Shown in pieces: positions 22,956 through 36,710 of a DNA stretch of 64,000 nucleotides (within the stretch, counting starts at the first letter, position 1; each line of letters begins with the position of its first letter). The notes under the pieces are model-generated. The model saw only the letters and a program-made list of their open reading frames with translations, was not told where the DNA came from and did not search any database. Source of the stretch: Gekko japonicus (taxonomy: Eukaryota); the NCBI RefSeq assembly GCF_001447785.1, contig NW_015173153.1, forward strand, positions 39,920 to 103,919, written 5' to 3'. The translations under genes were made by a program, and so were the position numbers.

Positions 22956-25700
22956 AGTGGCAGGCAGTTCCTCCAGCTTCCAAGGACTGTGTGATCACGC
23001 AACTGCAGGTCAAATTCCTCCAGAGGAAATAGCCTTGCTTCCCCCCCTGCTTTATCTCATGCATGTGACCACGACCAATGTGTCAGTCAGTACAATACAA
23101 TCAATACTATGCAATCAGACTGTAATATCTGAGAATGTGCTAGGAGAGTGTGTGCTATGCTAACTTGCCACAGGGAAAGTCAGCCATAGACATACAGCTC
23201 GAGACCGCTCAGTGGCATCTTGGGATCAAGAAGTAAGGATCTAAAAGCAGCACCTGGGGCTCCCTCCTCTTCTTGATCCTTCACTGGAAAGGAGTTGTTT
23301 GTCTTCACCTCACAGAGGCTTCAGGTTTGGGAGGGAAGAGGGCTGAAGTTCAGCTGTATCCTGATCATGATGCTTCTTCCTTCTTCCCTCTGTGCTCTCT
23401 GTCTGTCTTCCTCTTGCCTTGGGGAGAGAAGCAGCCCTGACCACTTCCTCCCTGGCCCTTGGCTGTAAGAGTTGAAATATTCCCTCACAGCCCTTGGAGG
23501 CCCCACCCCCTTCCTCTCATCCCACAAGACCAGCTTGCATCCCTGGAATTTCACCAGTAACGTCTGTTGGAACAAGGCTGAAGAGATATGCCTTCAGTAG
23601 CAAGCTGTGCCACAGGGCTGGAGTTGGTATCCATGGTAGCTCCCAGCACTCACACACACAACACATGTAGCAGCAATACTGGCCTGAGTGGAAGCAACAC
23701 CACAGAACCCCTGGCAGGTGCTTCCGGTCAAGTAAGCAGGGCAGCATCAAGATCAGGGGTCTTTCCTGTCACCAGACATAGTCAAGCTTGGCTACCAGTG
23801 CAGTTTTTAACTTTCAGCTTAAGGTAAGTGGTACATGATATCTCAAATACAGTATAAGCAGGCCCTTTTGTTGTGGGAAGTCGATACAGGATCATCTCAG
23901 TGAGTTTTTTAAACAAGGAATACAAGTTGTACTACCCTCTCCAGCTCATTTAAGGTACTTTCAGTGTGACCTCATTGCTGAATCAGGCAACAGATATTTA
24001 TTTATTTATTTTTCGAATTTCTACCCCGCCCTCCTGGCCCAAGATAGGATGTTTGAGCAATGCTTGTGGTTATTAGTACTTAACATACAGATATTGCTAT
24101 GCTTTATGGCCTCCTCTCTTCAGAAAGAGAGGAAATTCTGCTCAAAAAGAACAAGAATTGAACAGCTGATTCTTTGCACCCTGCATGGTGTCAAAGAGGA
24201 AATCAAGAGTGTCCAACAGTGAGTGAATCACACTGTCTTGCAAACATCCTCAATAAACCATGCTAATTAGAGTTCTGTTGTTTTCTTTGTTTCCCCTCAA
24301 TACTTTTGGCTGGCAAAGACTGATGCCTCTAGGCCTCTGGTAAATGAATTATTAATGCAGGAGTTAATAATGCATGTTAATTGGTACTATAAACTACTTT
24401 CCCCAACAAATGTGAGCAAAGGTCAAAACTTGTTAACAGCAATCATGAACTTTATATTTCATTTTCCCTGATATTCAAGAGACCTCAGAACTGTCGCAAG
24501 TGGAGGACTATGCAGTATTCCTTTGTACAGAGCACATTGGCCTTCAGAGGGGCCAATGGAGCCAACAAGGTTAGATAAGTTAATTCCTGTATCCTTCCGT
24601 GTCTGTTTTGCTACTGTCCATTTGTTTACCCAGAATGCTACTCCAAGGAGTTCCTTCCTTCCTTCCTTCCTGCTAACTACTTCTCTTCTTCTTCTCTCCC
24701 TAACCACGATGAAAGTAAGACATGCTCTTTGCAATCTCTTTCCATCCTACCTTAAATAGATAGTGAGAAACTTTTTCCCTATCACTATAAGGCTCCTTTC
24801 CCCACCTTAGCTGAAACACCCCAATTTATCCTTAACCTCTTCTTAGTAGTTTTGAAGGGTAAGTGCAATGGGTGTATGGGGATCTCTGGGATAGGTTTTC
24901 AGAGAGTGCACCTGGCCTGCCATGTCCAGAGCACATTCCATCACAGAGGCAGGATGCCACTAAAGCATTTACATGCCCCCAGCTCCAAGGCATACGACCA
25001 CATCCCCTGCTTTAAAGGATGCATCATCAAAAGCAACATGGGCCATTTCCAGATGATGGGGGTAGTATTACCTCCAGCTATTGATCAAAAAGAGCCCAAA
25101 AAACGATCCACTGAGGATGGGCGATAAAGAGGATGATTTACCTTCATTTCAAATCCACAGTTCTTAAACACCCATCAATTGCCTCACCTTGGAATGTCCG
25201 GTTTCATTTCCTAATCTTCCCACTGAATTTCGATGGCAGTTACCTTCAGATTACCCAATCAAAATCAAACTGTACTTGCTTTATCCAGTCCCAGTCTTGG
25301 GAATGAGGAGTCCCATGTTGAGCTATGGAATTTTCTGCCATAAAGGAATCAGTCCAAGTCAGTGAAAAGTGTGCCATGTTCCCTCAACCACCTGGATACC
25401 CCTGCAACTGTTTTGCAGGCTCTTCTCTCTCCTCATTGAGCTTCTGTTGCATGGACTCCCTGAGATGCTCAGCTTCTCACACATCTTGAATCAGGTAGTA
25501 TCACCCTTCAGAATCTCCTTCCCTCCCTTCCTTTGTCTCTTCCTTCTCAGGCTTGTGTAGGTGCATGTGTTTATTGGGAGGGAGCCGGTGGTTTTATTCT
25601 GAGTTTTACTTGTGTAGTTGTATTCATGGTTTGCAACTGTGGTCTATCTCCAGTTGTAAGTCTGAGTGCAGATGAATAAATATTTCATTTAGGACATTAT

Positions 25701-26223
25701 GCGTGCGGTCGCACTGACCTCTTGCCGTGCTGTTGTTCCTGCTGTCATTTTATCTGCGACATTTTGTATTGGGTGAAGATGGTCACACAGTCCCTCTCTC
25801 AACCGCATTAATCGCACAAACCACTGATCAGACAGCCACGCCGCTCCTTGTGGTGGCACAGAAATTATTATTTTTTTTAAAAAAAATCAATTGTGCATGC
25901 ACTTTTGCACCTTTACGCATGGAATAATTACATAGCCTTTTTTGCACATGCGCAAAACAGGGGTCAGCAAAAAGAAAGAAAGAAAGAAAGAAAGCGCAGT
26001 CATGGCGATATGCAGTCCAGATACGGAAATTGCGAAATCACAGTGGGGAAACCCGGAAAGTATTTGTTCCGGCCAGTGCCAGGAAATGCGGCAGAGAACC
26101 GTGAAAATTGCGGGACTAAGCCCGCTTCAGCGTGGGAGGCGGATTGGCCTATCTGGTCAGCAAATTTAAATGCAGGAGGGAACAGCAGCAAAACCCAATC
26201 AAAAGGACCGTGTGACTGCACCC
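25701..26223. mobile_element. PIF/Harbinger-like MITE
   Basis: Imperfect TIR gcgtgcggtcgcactgacct / aggaccgtgtgactgcaccc; 3-bp TSD tat; CpG-rich. Confidence 0.7.
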
Positions 26224-26811
26224 TATTTTTACCATGTTTGCAAGTTCATTCAGACATATATTCCTATGACTTAGTTACCTTTTTATTTTCTGATGGGGAT
26301 TCAAAAAAAAAAACCTCAAGTAGTTGCAAAAAAAAATTTGTCTCTTGGGTGATAAGTGATTAACAACAACTATCTCCTGCTCAAGTTCAATGTTATCGTA
26401 GAGCTTTTATTGGACAAAAAAAAAGGAAAGGAATATTTCATTTCATTTGAATCACTTGTTTTGCCTCGCTTTCACCATGCATGTCAGTCAGGTTTTCTTT
26501 TTCATTCTGCATTGATTTGCCTCCCTTCAGTGCTCAGTTCACTTTTGGTTGCTGTTTCCCTGGGTTTTCTGAGAATGCTTTTGTGCTGGTTTTTCCATTC
26601 CTACACTTCCAAGCTGAAGGTAATTCAAAAGCATACAGATTCCCTTGGATTTCCCTCCCCCCTTTCCAGCCCCTTGAAGGCTACTCCACTGCCCACACTG
26701 AAGTCATTCCTCCCACTCTGCACTTTCTGCAATCTTCCCCCCTTCATTGGTGTACAAGCTCCATTTTCTCTTCATTTTAAAATTTTTGATATTTTTTTAC
26801 AAGCAGCATGA

Positions 26812-27507
26812 TGCATCTTCTCAGTCTTTCCCCTCAAGCCATTTTGACTCTTAACTGGGAGCAGACTAAGGTAATTGTGAAAGAAAGAATAACAGACATT
26901 GAGAGGCAGTCTGATCTGGCTAGATATCCAACTTTTCTAGCACCTGTGCGAACCAAATACTGTACCACTTATTCTGCTTACCTTGTCTATCTCAGTGTAC
27001 ATAAGTACAGAAAAGCCTTCACTTTGGCCAGGTGTTCAGTGCTCCCCTCAGCAGTGCCTGAGGGCGAGTACAACCTTTGCACAAAGGCTTTGCAAATGTG
27101 GCTTAGGGGAAGCTGAATCTATCTCTCATATGATCCTCAAGTGTCCCTGGTACAAGGAGGTCTGCTCCAAATATTTTGAGCCTATTGTAAAACTAAGCCC
27201 TGATGTGTCAGAATCTGATCATATAAACTATATACTGCCAGATGAAAATCAGTCTACCTCTAAAGCTGTTGCCAAATTCTGTGCCACTTGCTGTTGTATT
27301 CGAAAAGCCCACTAGATTGCGTTTTAGTTCTAAGCCAATCTGCTGACCTATATTTTATGTAATATCTATTTGTCACTTTATTTTAATGTATTTTTATACC
27401 TTTTTGCATTTATTCTAGCTATTTTATTGCTGTAGTCAGTATGTTTTCTAACATCAGTGTGATTCTGTTGATCTACTAGCTTGATGTCATAATAAACTAT
27501 ACATACA
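26812..27507 (+). mobile_element. 5'-truncated non-LTR retrotransposon 3' end (RTE-X-like) with CCHC knuckle
   Basis: RKAFTLARC..RLCKCGLGEAESISHMILKCPWY; AATAAA followed by (TACA)n tail; 14-bp TSD tacaagcagcatga (26798-26811, 27508-27521). Confidence 0.8.
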
Positions 27508-28079
27508 TACAAGCAGCATGAGATTAGCACTAGTCTCAGACCACTGATTTTTTAAAAAAAATTGAAATGGGGGGGAGTTTAAAAGGAGCTGCATGAGGTT
27601 TAGTTCCCTGATGGTATTGACTTGAAAGAGAAATTGGAGAGGAGGCAAATGGCAGCATCTCCAGTGGGGAAAAAAGGGATTTCAGTGCTGCATGCAAACA
27701 AAATAAGGGGGGGGGATAAAGGGGGGGGGGGATCGTCAGTGTGGAATGAAATTGACATGAGATGTAAAGAGAGAGAGATACTGGGATGGGAAGTCTAAAG
27801 CTTTGAAAACATTTTTCCCTTTAATGCTTCCAGGATCCCACGGGAAGCCTGGTCACCCACATATGTACGAGGCACTAAGAAACATGAAATACACTCCCTA
27901 TACCTGTTAAACATGGGTGTAAGTTGTGTGCAACACCAAAAACCTCTTGCAAATACGAGATGATCCCAATCATTGCTTTCTGAGGGTTACAGCTACTTGT
28001 TGGTCTCTAAGGTGCCACTGGGCTTGTTTCTAGCTGTTCTGCATAGGATCTGGCTTTTTGAGACCTTGAGTGAGGAAGG

Positions 28080-28305
28080 AAAGTGGTGTTGTGGTGTTGT
28101 GAGTGTCAGAGTCGGATCTGTGAGTCCCAGGTTTGAATCCCAGCCCTGCTGTGGAAGCTGGCTGGGGAACCTTGGGCCAGTCATTCCCTCTTTGCCTCTC
28201 TTACCTCATAGGGTTGTTGCTGTGAAGATAAAATGGAGGAATGGAGAGAGATGCTTTAAATTGCCTTGGCTTCCCAATAGGAAGGAAAGGGTGGTATAAA
28301 TGTCT
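28080..28305 (+). mobile_element. Squam3/Ther1-like SINE, diverged
   Basis: tRNA-like head gtggtgttgtg...ccaggtttgaatccc; core cctcatagggttgttg; end gggtggtataaatg. Confidence 0.7.
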
Positions 28306-30551
28306 TAAGATTTAAACAATAAAATGAAACATGGAGAGGGAGCTGGAACTGGAAGGCATCTGAAACTGGAAGGCAGATGGATGGCAAAGGAAAACCTGCT
28401 GCTCTTGGGGCAGATGGGAACTTTGCTGCAAGAGATCTGGTGTGGGAGAAAGAGGCCACTCAACTTGTTCTACCCACCAAGGTTCCACCTACTTTCAGGG
28501 CCTCACCTGGAATGCCTGCACTTTAATTGTACCCAGCGAGGAGCTGAGGCAGGAGCCAGCTCTGTGACTCTGCCTGGCAGCCAATAGAGCCCCAGGTCAC
28601 CACTTTATCATTAGCCCTTGCCAGAGAGAATTGTTACATTGGCACCAATGATTTGAGTACAAGGGTACTTATTAATGGTGTTTTAATTGCGTTGGACTGC
28701 ATCAGACTCTTGAAGAGGAAGGATGGAATAGTTTTAAATAAATGCAGCAACATATATTTTTTAAAAAGTTCTCCAGAACTTCTATTAGAGGACTCCTTCC
28801 CCATACAAATTGCAGCCCTGTGCAAAGTATAGTGGAGTTGCAGCTGACTTTGCACAGGTGTGTGCATGCGCGCGCACACACACACACACACATTGCCTAT
28901 GATCACAGCTTGCAATGCCAGTCTCAGTGGGTTCTACCGTGCATTCTGTACACTCAACATGTTCCCCCATATTATGAGATTGTGTGACTCCCATTTTTCA
29001 CAGTAGCTGATAACACAGCAGAGAATCCCCCTAGTGCTTGGCAATATGGAAAATGGGGATTCACAGCTGCTTGTCAGTTTCAGAAAAATTCTGGTCAGTT
29101 TCAACAGTGAGTTTCCCCCTCTTTGCCTGTGTTCCTTTCTGTTCCCTTTCATTCAATGAACTAATGCTAAAATGCATGCGCAAAACCTGAACCACAAGAT
29201 TTAAATGAAAAGTGCTTGCTGGACACTACTGCACAACGGTGATAGGGCAATTGCAGATTTTTAAAAAATACTCTAAATGCAGACGCTGCCACCCTGCACG
29301 TGTTACAAGTGACATTCTCACCCTGATTTAGAAAAGTGTGGGGTTTTTTATTGTAGGTGCAGAATAAATGCACCAGAAGAAAAAGAATGGTGCGCATGGC
29401 GGAAACAGAATCCAAAGTCAAGCTTAAAGGCTCACTGCTTGGAAAATCTGCAGTAAGATGTGCATGTGTAATGGGCCTTGGTTTCTGTTACTCTTTTTCT
29501 TGGGAATTTTGCACAGGAATAAAACCTCCATATACACCAGCAAAAGATCCCTTGTTTATCTGGCTGGAGACCTATAACAAGCTAATTTTTCTCTCTTTGG
29601 GTCCAGTTTGGGTAACACCTCTCCTATCCAGTATGGGGTTCTTGCACAATAAAGCACTAATTTTCTAAAGCAACAAGCCTTGTGTGGACTTGATTTTGTT
29701 AGCAGATTCCTCTTCTGCTGCACATCCCAAGCTCTGAACTAACAAGAATATGAACTGCAAATATGCTTAACTAGGAATAAGGCTCGTTGTGGAAATAAAT
29801 ACAACGAACTCTAGAAAGAGGCTCTGGGTGGGTGCCCCGGCCTTGAGCACTCAGTGTCAATTTGCTGTGGTGACCTCATTAGGGTATAATGACACCAAGT
29901 CCACCATTTTCTCCAGAGGAACTGATCTCTGTAGTTTTGAGTGATCTCCAGCTCTCACCTGGAGAGATCAAGTTCACAGCCTGGGATACTATTGGATGTG
30001 GTGTTGCTTCCAGAACCCAGGTAGCTATTGTGACCCAGCTATGGCTGTATCATTAGCTCTGATAACTGCAAGAATATAGAGATCGATCCATAGTCATTCA
30101 GGATTTCCCAATTATATTTTATAATGTTCTCGACAAGGAGCCTCTCTTGAAGCCTGTCCAGAAACTCCAATTAAGATGAAACCCTACTGCCCCACTTTTG
30201 GCTTGTATAAGTCAACTGGAAATATTATACCAATTCTGCAGCCTCTTTATTAACTACCATTATGTACGCATGCACAATTCAAGGTGTCAGTTTTGACTCT
30301 AAAAACCTTAACTGAGCTGTTTTAAACTCTGCCAGTGAGGCTTTAATCAATTAACCATCTTTTGCATCCACTAGTCCTTGAAGCAGTAGTTGCCCAGTAC
30401 AGTGGCATGCCTTTTCCCAAAGAGATGTGTATAGATATCTCCTTTTGTTGACAGACAAAAACTTTTCTTCTGACAGAGTTTTGAGAAAGAGACCTTTGTT
30501 TTAATGACATGGGAACCCTATGTAATGTTTCATATGTTTCACAGTAGCATC

Positions 30552-30735
30552 CCACAAAGGAGCTCAGAATAACATATATGATTCTCTCTACTCTTTATTC
30601 TCACAATCATACTGTGGGGTAGATCAGGCTGAGGGAAACTGACTGCCCCTAGGGCACCCAGCAAGTTTCATGACTAAGTGACTTGAATCCTGGCCTCCCA
30701 GCTTTTAACCCAGTGCTATAACAACTATACTACAT
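30552..30735 (-). mobile_element. Squam3/Ther1-like SINE, diverged
   Basis: tttattctcacaatcatactgtggggtagatcaggctgag..acttgaatcc..aactatactaca. Confidence 0.65.
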
Positions 30736-32417
30736 AGTTCCCACTGAAGCCTAACTGAACTGTTTTGTTTTCCATGTTTCCTGAGTTAGCCTCTTCACTG
30801 GCTTAGCAGTTAGCATTCTTTGTAGTTTCTAGCCTCCCTGCCTTCTTTGTATGTGTGTATCATAAGGTCTGGTAGCCTACAACTCAACTTGGCAAAATTC
30901 TAAGCCTTTTTCAAACTTAAGTAATTTTCTTACAACTTCATTGGCTCTCCTGCTGAAGGAATATGGTTCACACCCACATACCACTGACCTCAATCTAGAG
31001 AAAATAATTTGCACTTACGTTCCAGTGAAGTTAATGAGACAAAACAGTCATGTTTACCTTGGGACCCATAAAATTCAATGGAAATTAAACATGATGTCTG
31101 GATTGGGGCACATCACATATATAAAATCTTTGAAATTATATCACTGCTGGGTAGAGTGGGGGAAAGGCATAAGGGGGAAGGAGTGGAAAGGAAGAAAAGT
31201 TATAAAAGGGGAAGAGAATGGGAAACTTCTTCCAAATTAGACACTGTAATTGATCTAGGTTGTCTTGACATGTGCCAACTTTGGATATGTAGGGGACTTA
31301 GTGCAATTACAGTCCTGAAGGGGAAAGGCTGATGGGCCAGGAGCCCTCATCTGTGTACAAGGCAAAGGCTGGCTCAAATTGTTGTTTGTAGATCACAGAT
31401 AAGTAAGGCTTAAGTTTCACAAATAATATGCAATGCAAGACAGGTGGATTGCCAAATGTTGCCCACAGTACCCAGTAGAGAAGAAAGAGGTAGACAGTAG
31501 AGCCTACAATTATCTGAGTGAAAGCTTACTGGCTGTGGCTTGGCGAATCTTCTTCCCATTATCATCATTTCCAATGCTAGTAATGTGTGGCAGACAGTAT
31601 ATGATAGCTTGTTCAGTAGCAGGGATGAGTAGTCTCTTGTGCTCCATTTGCAGAGGAGAGGAAAGCAAGTCTAATAGGTTCATGTAACAGCCTGCTCTTG
31701 GCATCGGCTGTTGATAATTTTCTTTGGCATGCTTTGACTACCTGTCTGAAATGGTGCTGCAGTACAGGAAGGAAATTTTTCAAGAGATTAAACTATTATT
31801 GTTTCCTGTGTGGCGGTCTTTGCTGCATATGAAAAAAAAGCTTGAAGGGCACTGGAAAAGAGATTTGTCTGAACAGCGAAGTTGTTGTGATTCGTTCCTC
31901 CAAGCCTCCCCCTCGGAGGGCCTACATTTGGCCAATTTCCTCAGGAAAGTAGTTGATGAGGGCTAGCGGATTTGTCCAAGGTCTACATATAAGATGTCAT
32001 AAAGGTGATTAATACTGAACTCGCCATCAGAGGAAGTTGAAAGTTTATAAAAGCTATTTTAAGGATATGGAAGGAACATAAGTCATTTGTATTTTTGCCA
32101 GCATGTTTCAGTGTTTAAATACCTCTTTGTAGCTGCTGGTAATTAATGCTTCTACCATCAAAAGCCAGTTGTACTTTCTGGCTTCACGAGTTTGTCTGAC
32201 AAATTAATTCAGCATGTCTCAGTGTTTACACAAATGGAAATTGTGAAATAATAATAATTTTAAAAAATTTACTCCAGACATTTATTGCACATTCTTGAAT
32301 TTAAGCTCAACACCCAGTTATGAATATGGGAGCGTAAGCTCTTCACTGCTTTAGATATTGAAATATGATGATAGCATTATAGGATAATTTCTCTAAGTTT
32401 TAGAAGCCAAACAAAGA

Positions 32418-32441
32418 AGCAGTAGCTGTAGTAGTAGTAGT

Positions 32442-32476
<35 letters not shown>
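32418..32476 (+). repeat. Compound (TAG)n/(CAG)n microsatellite
   Basis: Seen directly. Confidence 0.95.
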
Positions 32477-32961
32477 AACAAAATAACAGTTATCATATCA
32501 TTCCTGAAATTCAGCATCAGCCCTGGGTTCAGGCCTCCTGGTAGAGCTACGAGCACTGAAACAAAAATTCCCAATTCAGGCTCACTTCAAAAGTTGCACA
32601 GAAGTGGAAACAGTGGGTACATGTGTGACGTGTTTCCAGTGTAAGGTTCAAAGAGTTGAATCATTATTTCCCCATGGTGAGATGACAGAATTCCAAACAT
32701 AACTGAAGCTTATGTATTTCCACACAGGGAAGATGTATATGTTCTTTGCATACACATTAAAAAGGAAGGGCAAAAGCAGATGCATAAGTTATTTCTGTAT
32801 CCAACTGACCTTCATATGACCCTTTTCTACAATTGTACATTGCAGTTTTTTCTGCAACGTCTACTAGTTGAAGTAGACGTATACCTTCCCACAGTGGGAT
32901 GGTTTGATTTTAGTTATATTTTTCTCTCTCTATCCACAGCTGCTGTAGCTAAGCAAAAATA

Positions 32962-33600
32962 GTCATAAGAGCCTGCTGGATCAGATCAGTGGTCCATCTA
33001 GTCCAACATCCTGTCTCTGACAGTGGCCAACTAGTTCCTCTGGAGGTCCAACAACAGGGCACAGAGGCCAGGGCTTCCCCTGATGTTGCCTCCTGGCACT
33101 GGGATTCAGAGGGTGACTGCCTCTGAACGTGGAGGTTCCCTTTAGTCACCATGGCTAGTAGCCACTGATAGACCTTTAGGGGTGCCAGCCTCCAGCTGGG
33201 ACCTGGGGATCCTCCAGAATTACAGCTCATCTCCAGACTACAGAGATCAGATCTCCTGGAGAAAATGGATGCTTTGGAAGGTGGATTCAATGGCATTGTA
33301 CCAGACTGAGGTCCCTGTCCTCACCAGGCTCCACTCCTGAATCTCCAGGAGTTTCCCAGCCTGGATCTGGCAACCCTACCCCCCCATCCCCTGTCAATGG
33401 CCAGGGGAAACTGGCAACCCTATCTATGAATCTGTCTACCCCCCTTTTAAAGCTGACTATGCTTGTGCCCATCACTACATCCTCTGCCAGCAAATTCCAT
33501 ATTTTAATTTACTGTGTAAAGAAGTATTTCCTTTTTGTCCATCCTGAATCTACTGCTCATCAGTTTCATTGGATGCCCTCAAGTTCTATTATTGTGGGCG
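32962..33600 (-). mobile_element. CR1 3' end interrupted by a TAGGGTTGCC MITE (33177-33422)
   Basis: cataagagcctgctggatcagatcagtggtccatctagtcc CR1 3' UTR; MITE ends tagggg tgcca / tggcaacccta. Confidence 0.8.
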
Positions 33601-36141
33601 GTGGAGAAACAACCTCCATCCTGAATCTACTGCTCATCAGTTTCATTGGATGCCCTCAAGTTCTATTATTGTGGGCGGTGGAGAAACAACCACCCCCCAT
33701 AATCTCCTGCTTTTAGTTGTTACTAAACATCTTTCCTTAAGTTACACAGGACCTGATTTCAGCACTACATTCTCATAATTTCAATATAATATAGATATTT
33801 ATTCTATAGAATTTATAGCACACCTCCTCCCCGTGCATACACACAGAGTTATGTGGATTCATTGTCTTTCTAAGTAAATGCATGGAAGGAAGAGTGTAAA
33901 TAAAAAGGAAGATAGAGAAACATGCTATTTGTGGCTGTGTGACAAAAGCTGATCCAGGCTAAGTACAGTGCCTGATCCAGTAGCAGTACATGTTCAATTG
34001 AGAGCCTTACTAGAGAGAAAGTCAGCAATGGCCTACTAAAAATGGTATTGCTACAGAGGGAAGAAATTATGTTGTAACTGATCCCCATTATTCTCATCAA
34101 TGGAATAAATTAGAATGACAGTGAATCCATTGAACTGACGGGAAAAAACATAGATGTGAATTGGTCAGGCATTCCTTACCTCCCCCAGTTGCAATATAAA
34201 AGAACACAAGTCTTAATTAAGGAAACATCAGCAGTCATCTCCATTGTACCAGATTATCCCCAACTCCTATTTTCATTATAGATATTGACAAAATTGTATC
34301 AGGATATCACAACAAGAGTGGAGGAAGTGAGTCTGAGGCCAAAAATCTAGCATACTTGAATTCTGGGAAATCCAAGGACATTGTGGGATGGCAAAGACCA
34401 GAGAGAAAAATACGAATTGATCAAGGTGACATTACACCCCAGGAAGAAAAGAAGAACAGAAAGCCAAACTTCACACACCCCAACTTTGTATTCTAGTCAG
34501 CCTCTAGATCTTGCCTGAGGGTTGAAATACCAGCCTGGAAAAGAGCAATTTCATTTACAACTTAGCACCATTATCTATTATGTGAATAGGCCCTCAGCAG
34601 AAATAAAATCCAGGCACATTCCTAGTGGATTCAGTGTTGGACAGGTAGCATTAGTAGCTATCAATCTGCAATATATTAAGAAATATCTACTTATTCAAGC
34701 TTTGGAGCCTTTCAGCTGCTTCAGCTTAGCTCAACTTTTCTGGCTCCCAAGTCTTCAGTGAACTCCAAAGTTAAGTAATAAAAGAGGAAAAATATAACTA
34801 CAGAGGGTCTATTTAGAACTTTTTGGCATGAAACATGCAAGGGGAGGGGTGGTAAAGGCGGGGAATGCTGTTTATCTTGAGCAAGGATTTCCTTAGCTCT
34901 AGATGAGAATGCTTTCTTTTTGTCAAGCATAGTTAATGGTCACCCAGCAGCAGTACAAAGAGCAGCTCTCAGAAGTTTAGAATCAACAGGGTGCGACTGC
35001 CAAAGCTATAGGCCCAAACAGATCAAATATGTGGTAACAGCACAACAGCACACTTGATGTCTGACAAGACCAATGACGATTATGACGAGCAAGAGAGGGG
35101 AAAGTTTGTGCAGTTAATATTTTTTCTCCGGGGGGGGGATGTCATCATCCTCCTCCCTGTAGGCAAATAAAGGTCATGACTGAGACAGAAGAGGCGAAAT
35201 ATATCCACAGCTGGAGTCTACAAATGAAGGGCAAAGCACACTCACAAGGAACTGCTGTTTAAATGCATGTTCTCAGAGCTTAATCACTGCAGCACAGCCT
35301 CGTGATCACACTGGGGGACTTTCAATTGGCTCCTCTAGCAGTGTATCAAGCTCTGGTAGTCATTAGTTGTATTTTTTCAGGAAACACCCGCTGAACACTA
35401 CCCCACCTCTGCACACACACTGAGCCCACCAGACTTTTATTAGAGATAGTAGGATTACCACCCCTCACCATCCATTCATGTGGCCAAAATCAAGTCCTCT
35501 TTTTTATCTGGGGCCACCACCAACCACGTCATTAGAACATGTGTCTGGAGCGTCGGCTTGGCTCAAGGCAGCTTTTCTTGCTGCTGCCCATTCTAATTTT
35601 GAGCATTAAGCATTAATTCTCTTTCCAGATGGCTAAGAACTTTCCAAGCAGACCAATAAAAATCCAAAGAGCAGCTAAAGGCCATATTCAGAATAGGAAA
35701 CTTCTGTATAATAGATCTTTAACATGTTTTAACTCTGTATTGAAGACAGAGCCAGAGAGCATTCTCCTCTTTCATAGTATAAAATGAACTGGGCAAGTCC
35801 AATTATGTATTTGTTTCCTAGATTTTATTTGGGAAATTCACAGTGCAGAGATTATACCTGTTGGGTTTGCTCTATCCCATGTTGCAATCCCATGTGGATG
35901 GCTGGTAGTGGAGTTGACGTGTGCATACAGGATGAGCAAAGTTAGGCATGCATTCTCCCTTCTACATCCCTGTTTAGAATATTGTTAAAACGTTACAAGC
36001 AACAGAATTGTTACAAACTTCCTAACAGATGGCTTCTTGCTTAATCAATATATTGCTAGCATCAACGATTTGTTAAATCATCTCTGAAAGAGGAGAACAA
36101 TAGTATTAAAGAATAATTAAATGAGAAGGAACATTTCTAAC

Positions 36142-36435
36142 TAGGGTTGCCAGATCCCCTTGCCATTGATTTGGGGACCATTCAGAGGATGGGCAACATC
36201 GTCACATTGGTGATGTTGTGTGTGACACTCTGCTTTTTGGGCAAAAACTCTATGGTATTTTTGTTTCAAAACCAAACAGTTTGCCCCAAAACCAGTGTCA
36301 TGTGTGACATTGCCAACACAATGACATCACTTCCTTATTTGGGGCTGGGGTTTCCCCCACCAGCCAGCAGGCGTGTGGCATACAGTCCCCAAAAGTGGGA
36401 GAACCTCTGTTGGGACCTGGGGGCTGGCAACCCTA
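36142..36435. mobile_element. hAT (Tip100-like) MITE
   Basis: TIR tagggttgccag / ctggcaacccta; perfect 8-bp TSD tttctaac. Confidence 0.9.
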
Positions 36436-36710
36436 TTTCTAACTGAGAAGGAACAGTTCAAGCCAGTCCAATAACTGCATAACACAGAAAGGCTGGTGAA
36501 ATTATAAATTATCCAGAAGAGAGGGAAGAAGATCTGAAGCAGGGCTGGCTCACTGTCTCTTGTAGCAACTATTAGGTTGTGCCTCTCTATTTAGTCCACA
36601 ATTAGAAAAGTTTGCAGGCCATGATGAGTTACATCCTGGACAAACAATAATATCACTTTAGCATATTAAAAATACCGAGTTGACTTCACAACATAAATCA
36701 TAGTTGTATT

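Noticed and set aside
23150-25560. Possible LTR/DIRS-like remnants
   Set aside because: No matching termini, TSD or protein motif could be established by eye
32377-32574. Poly-Cys/Tyr (or poly-Gln) ORF
   Set aside because: Trinucleotide microsatellite without exon context
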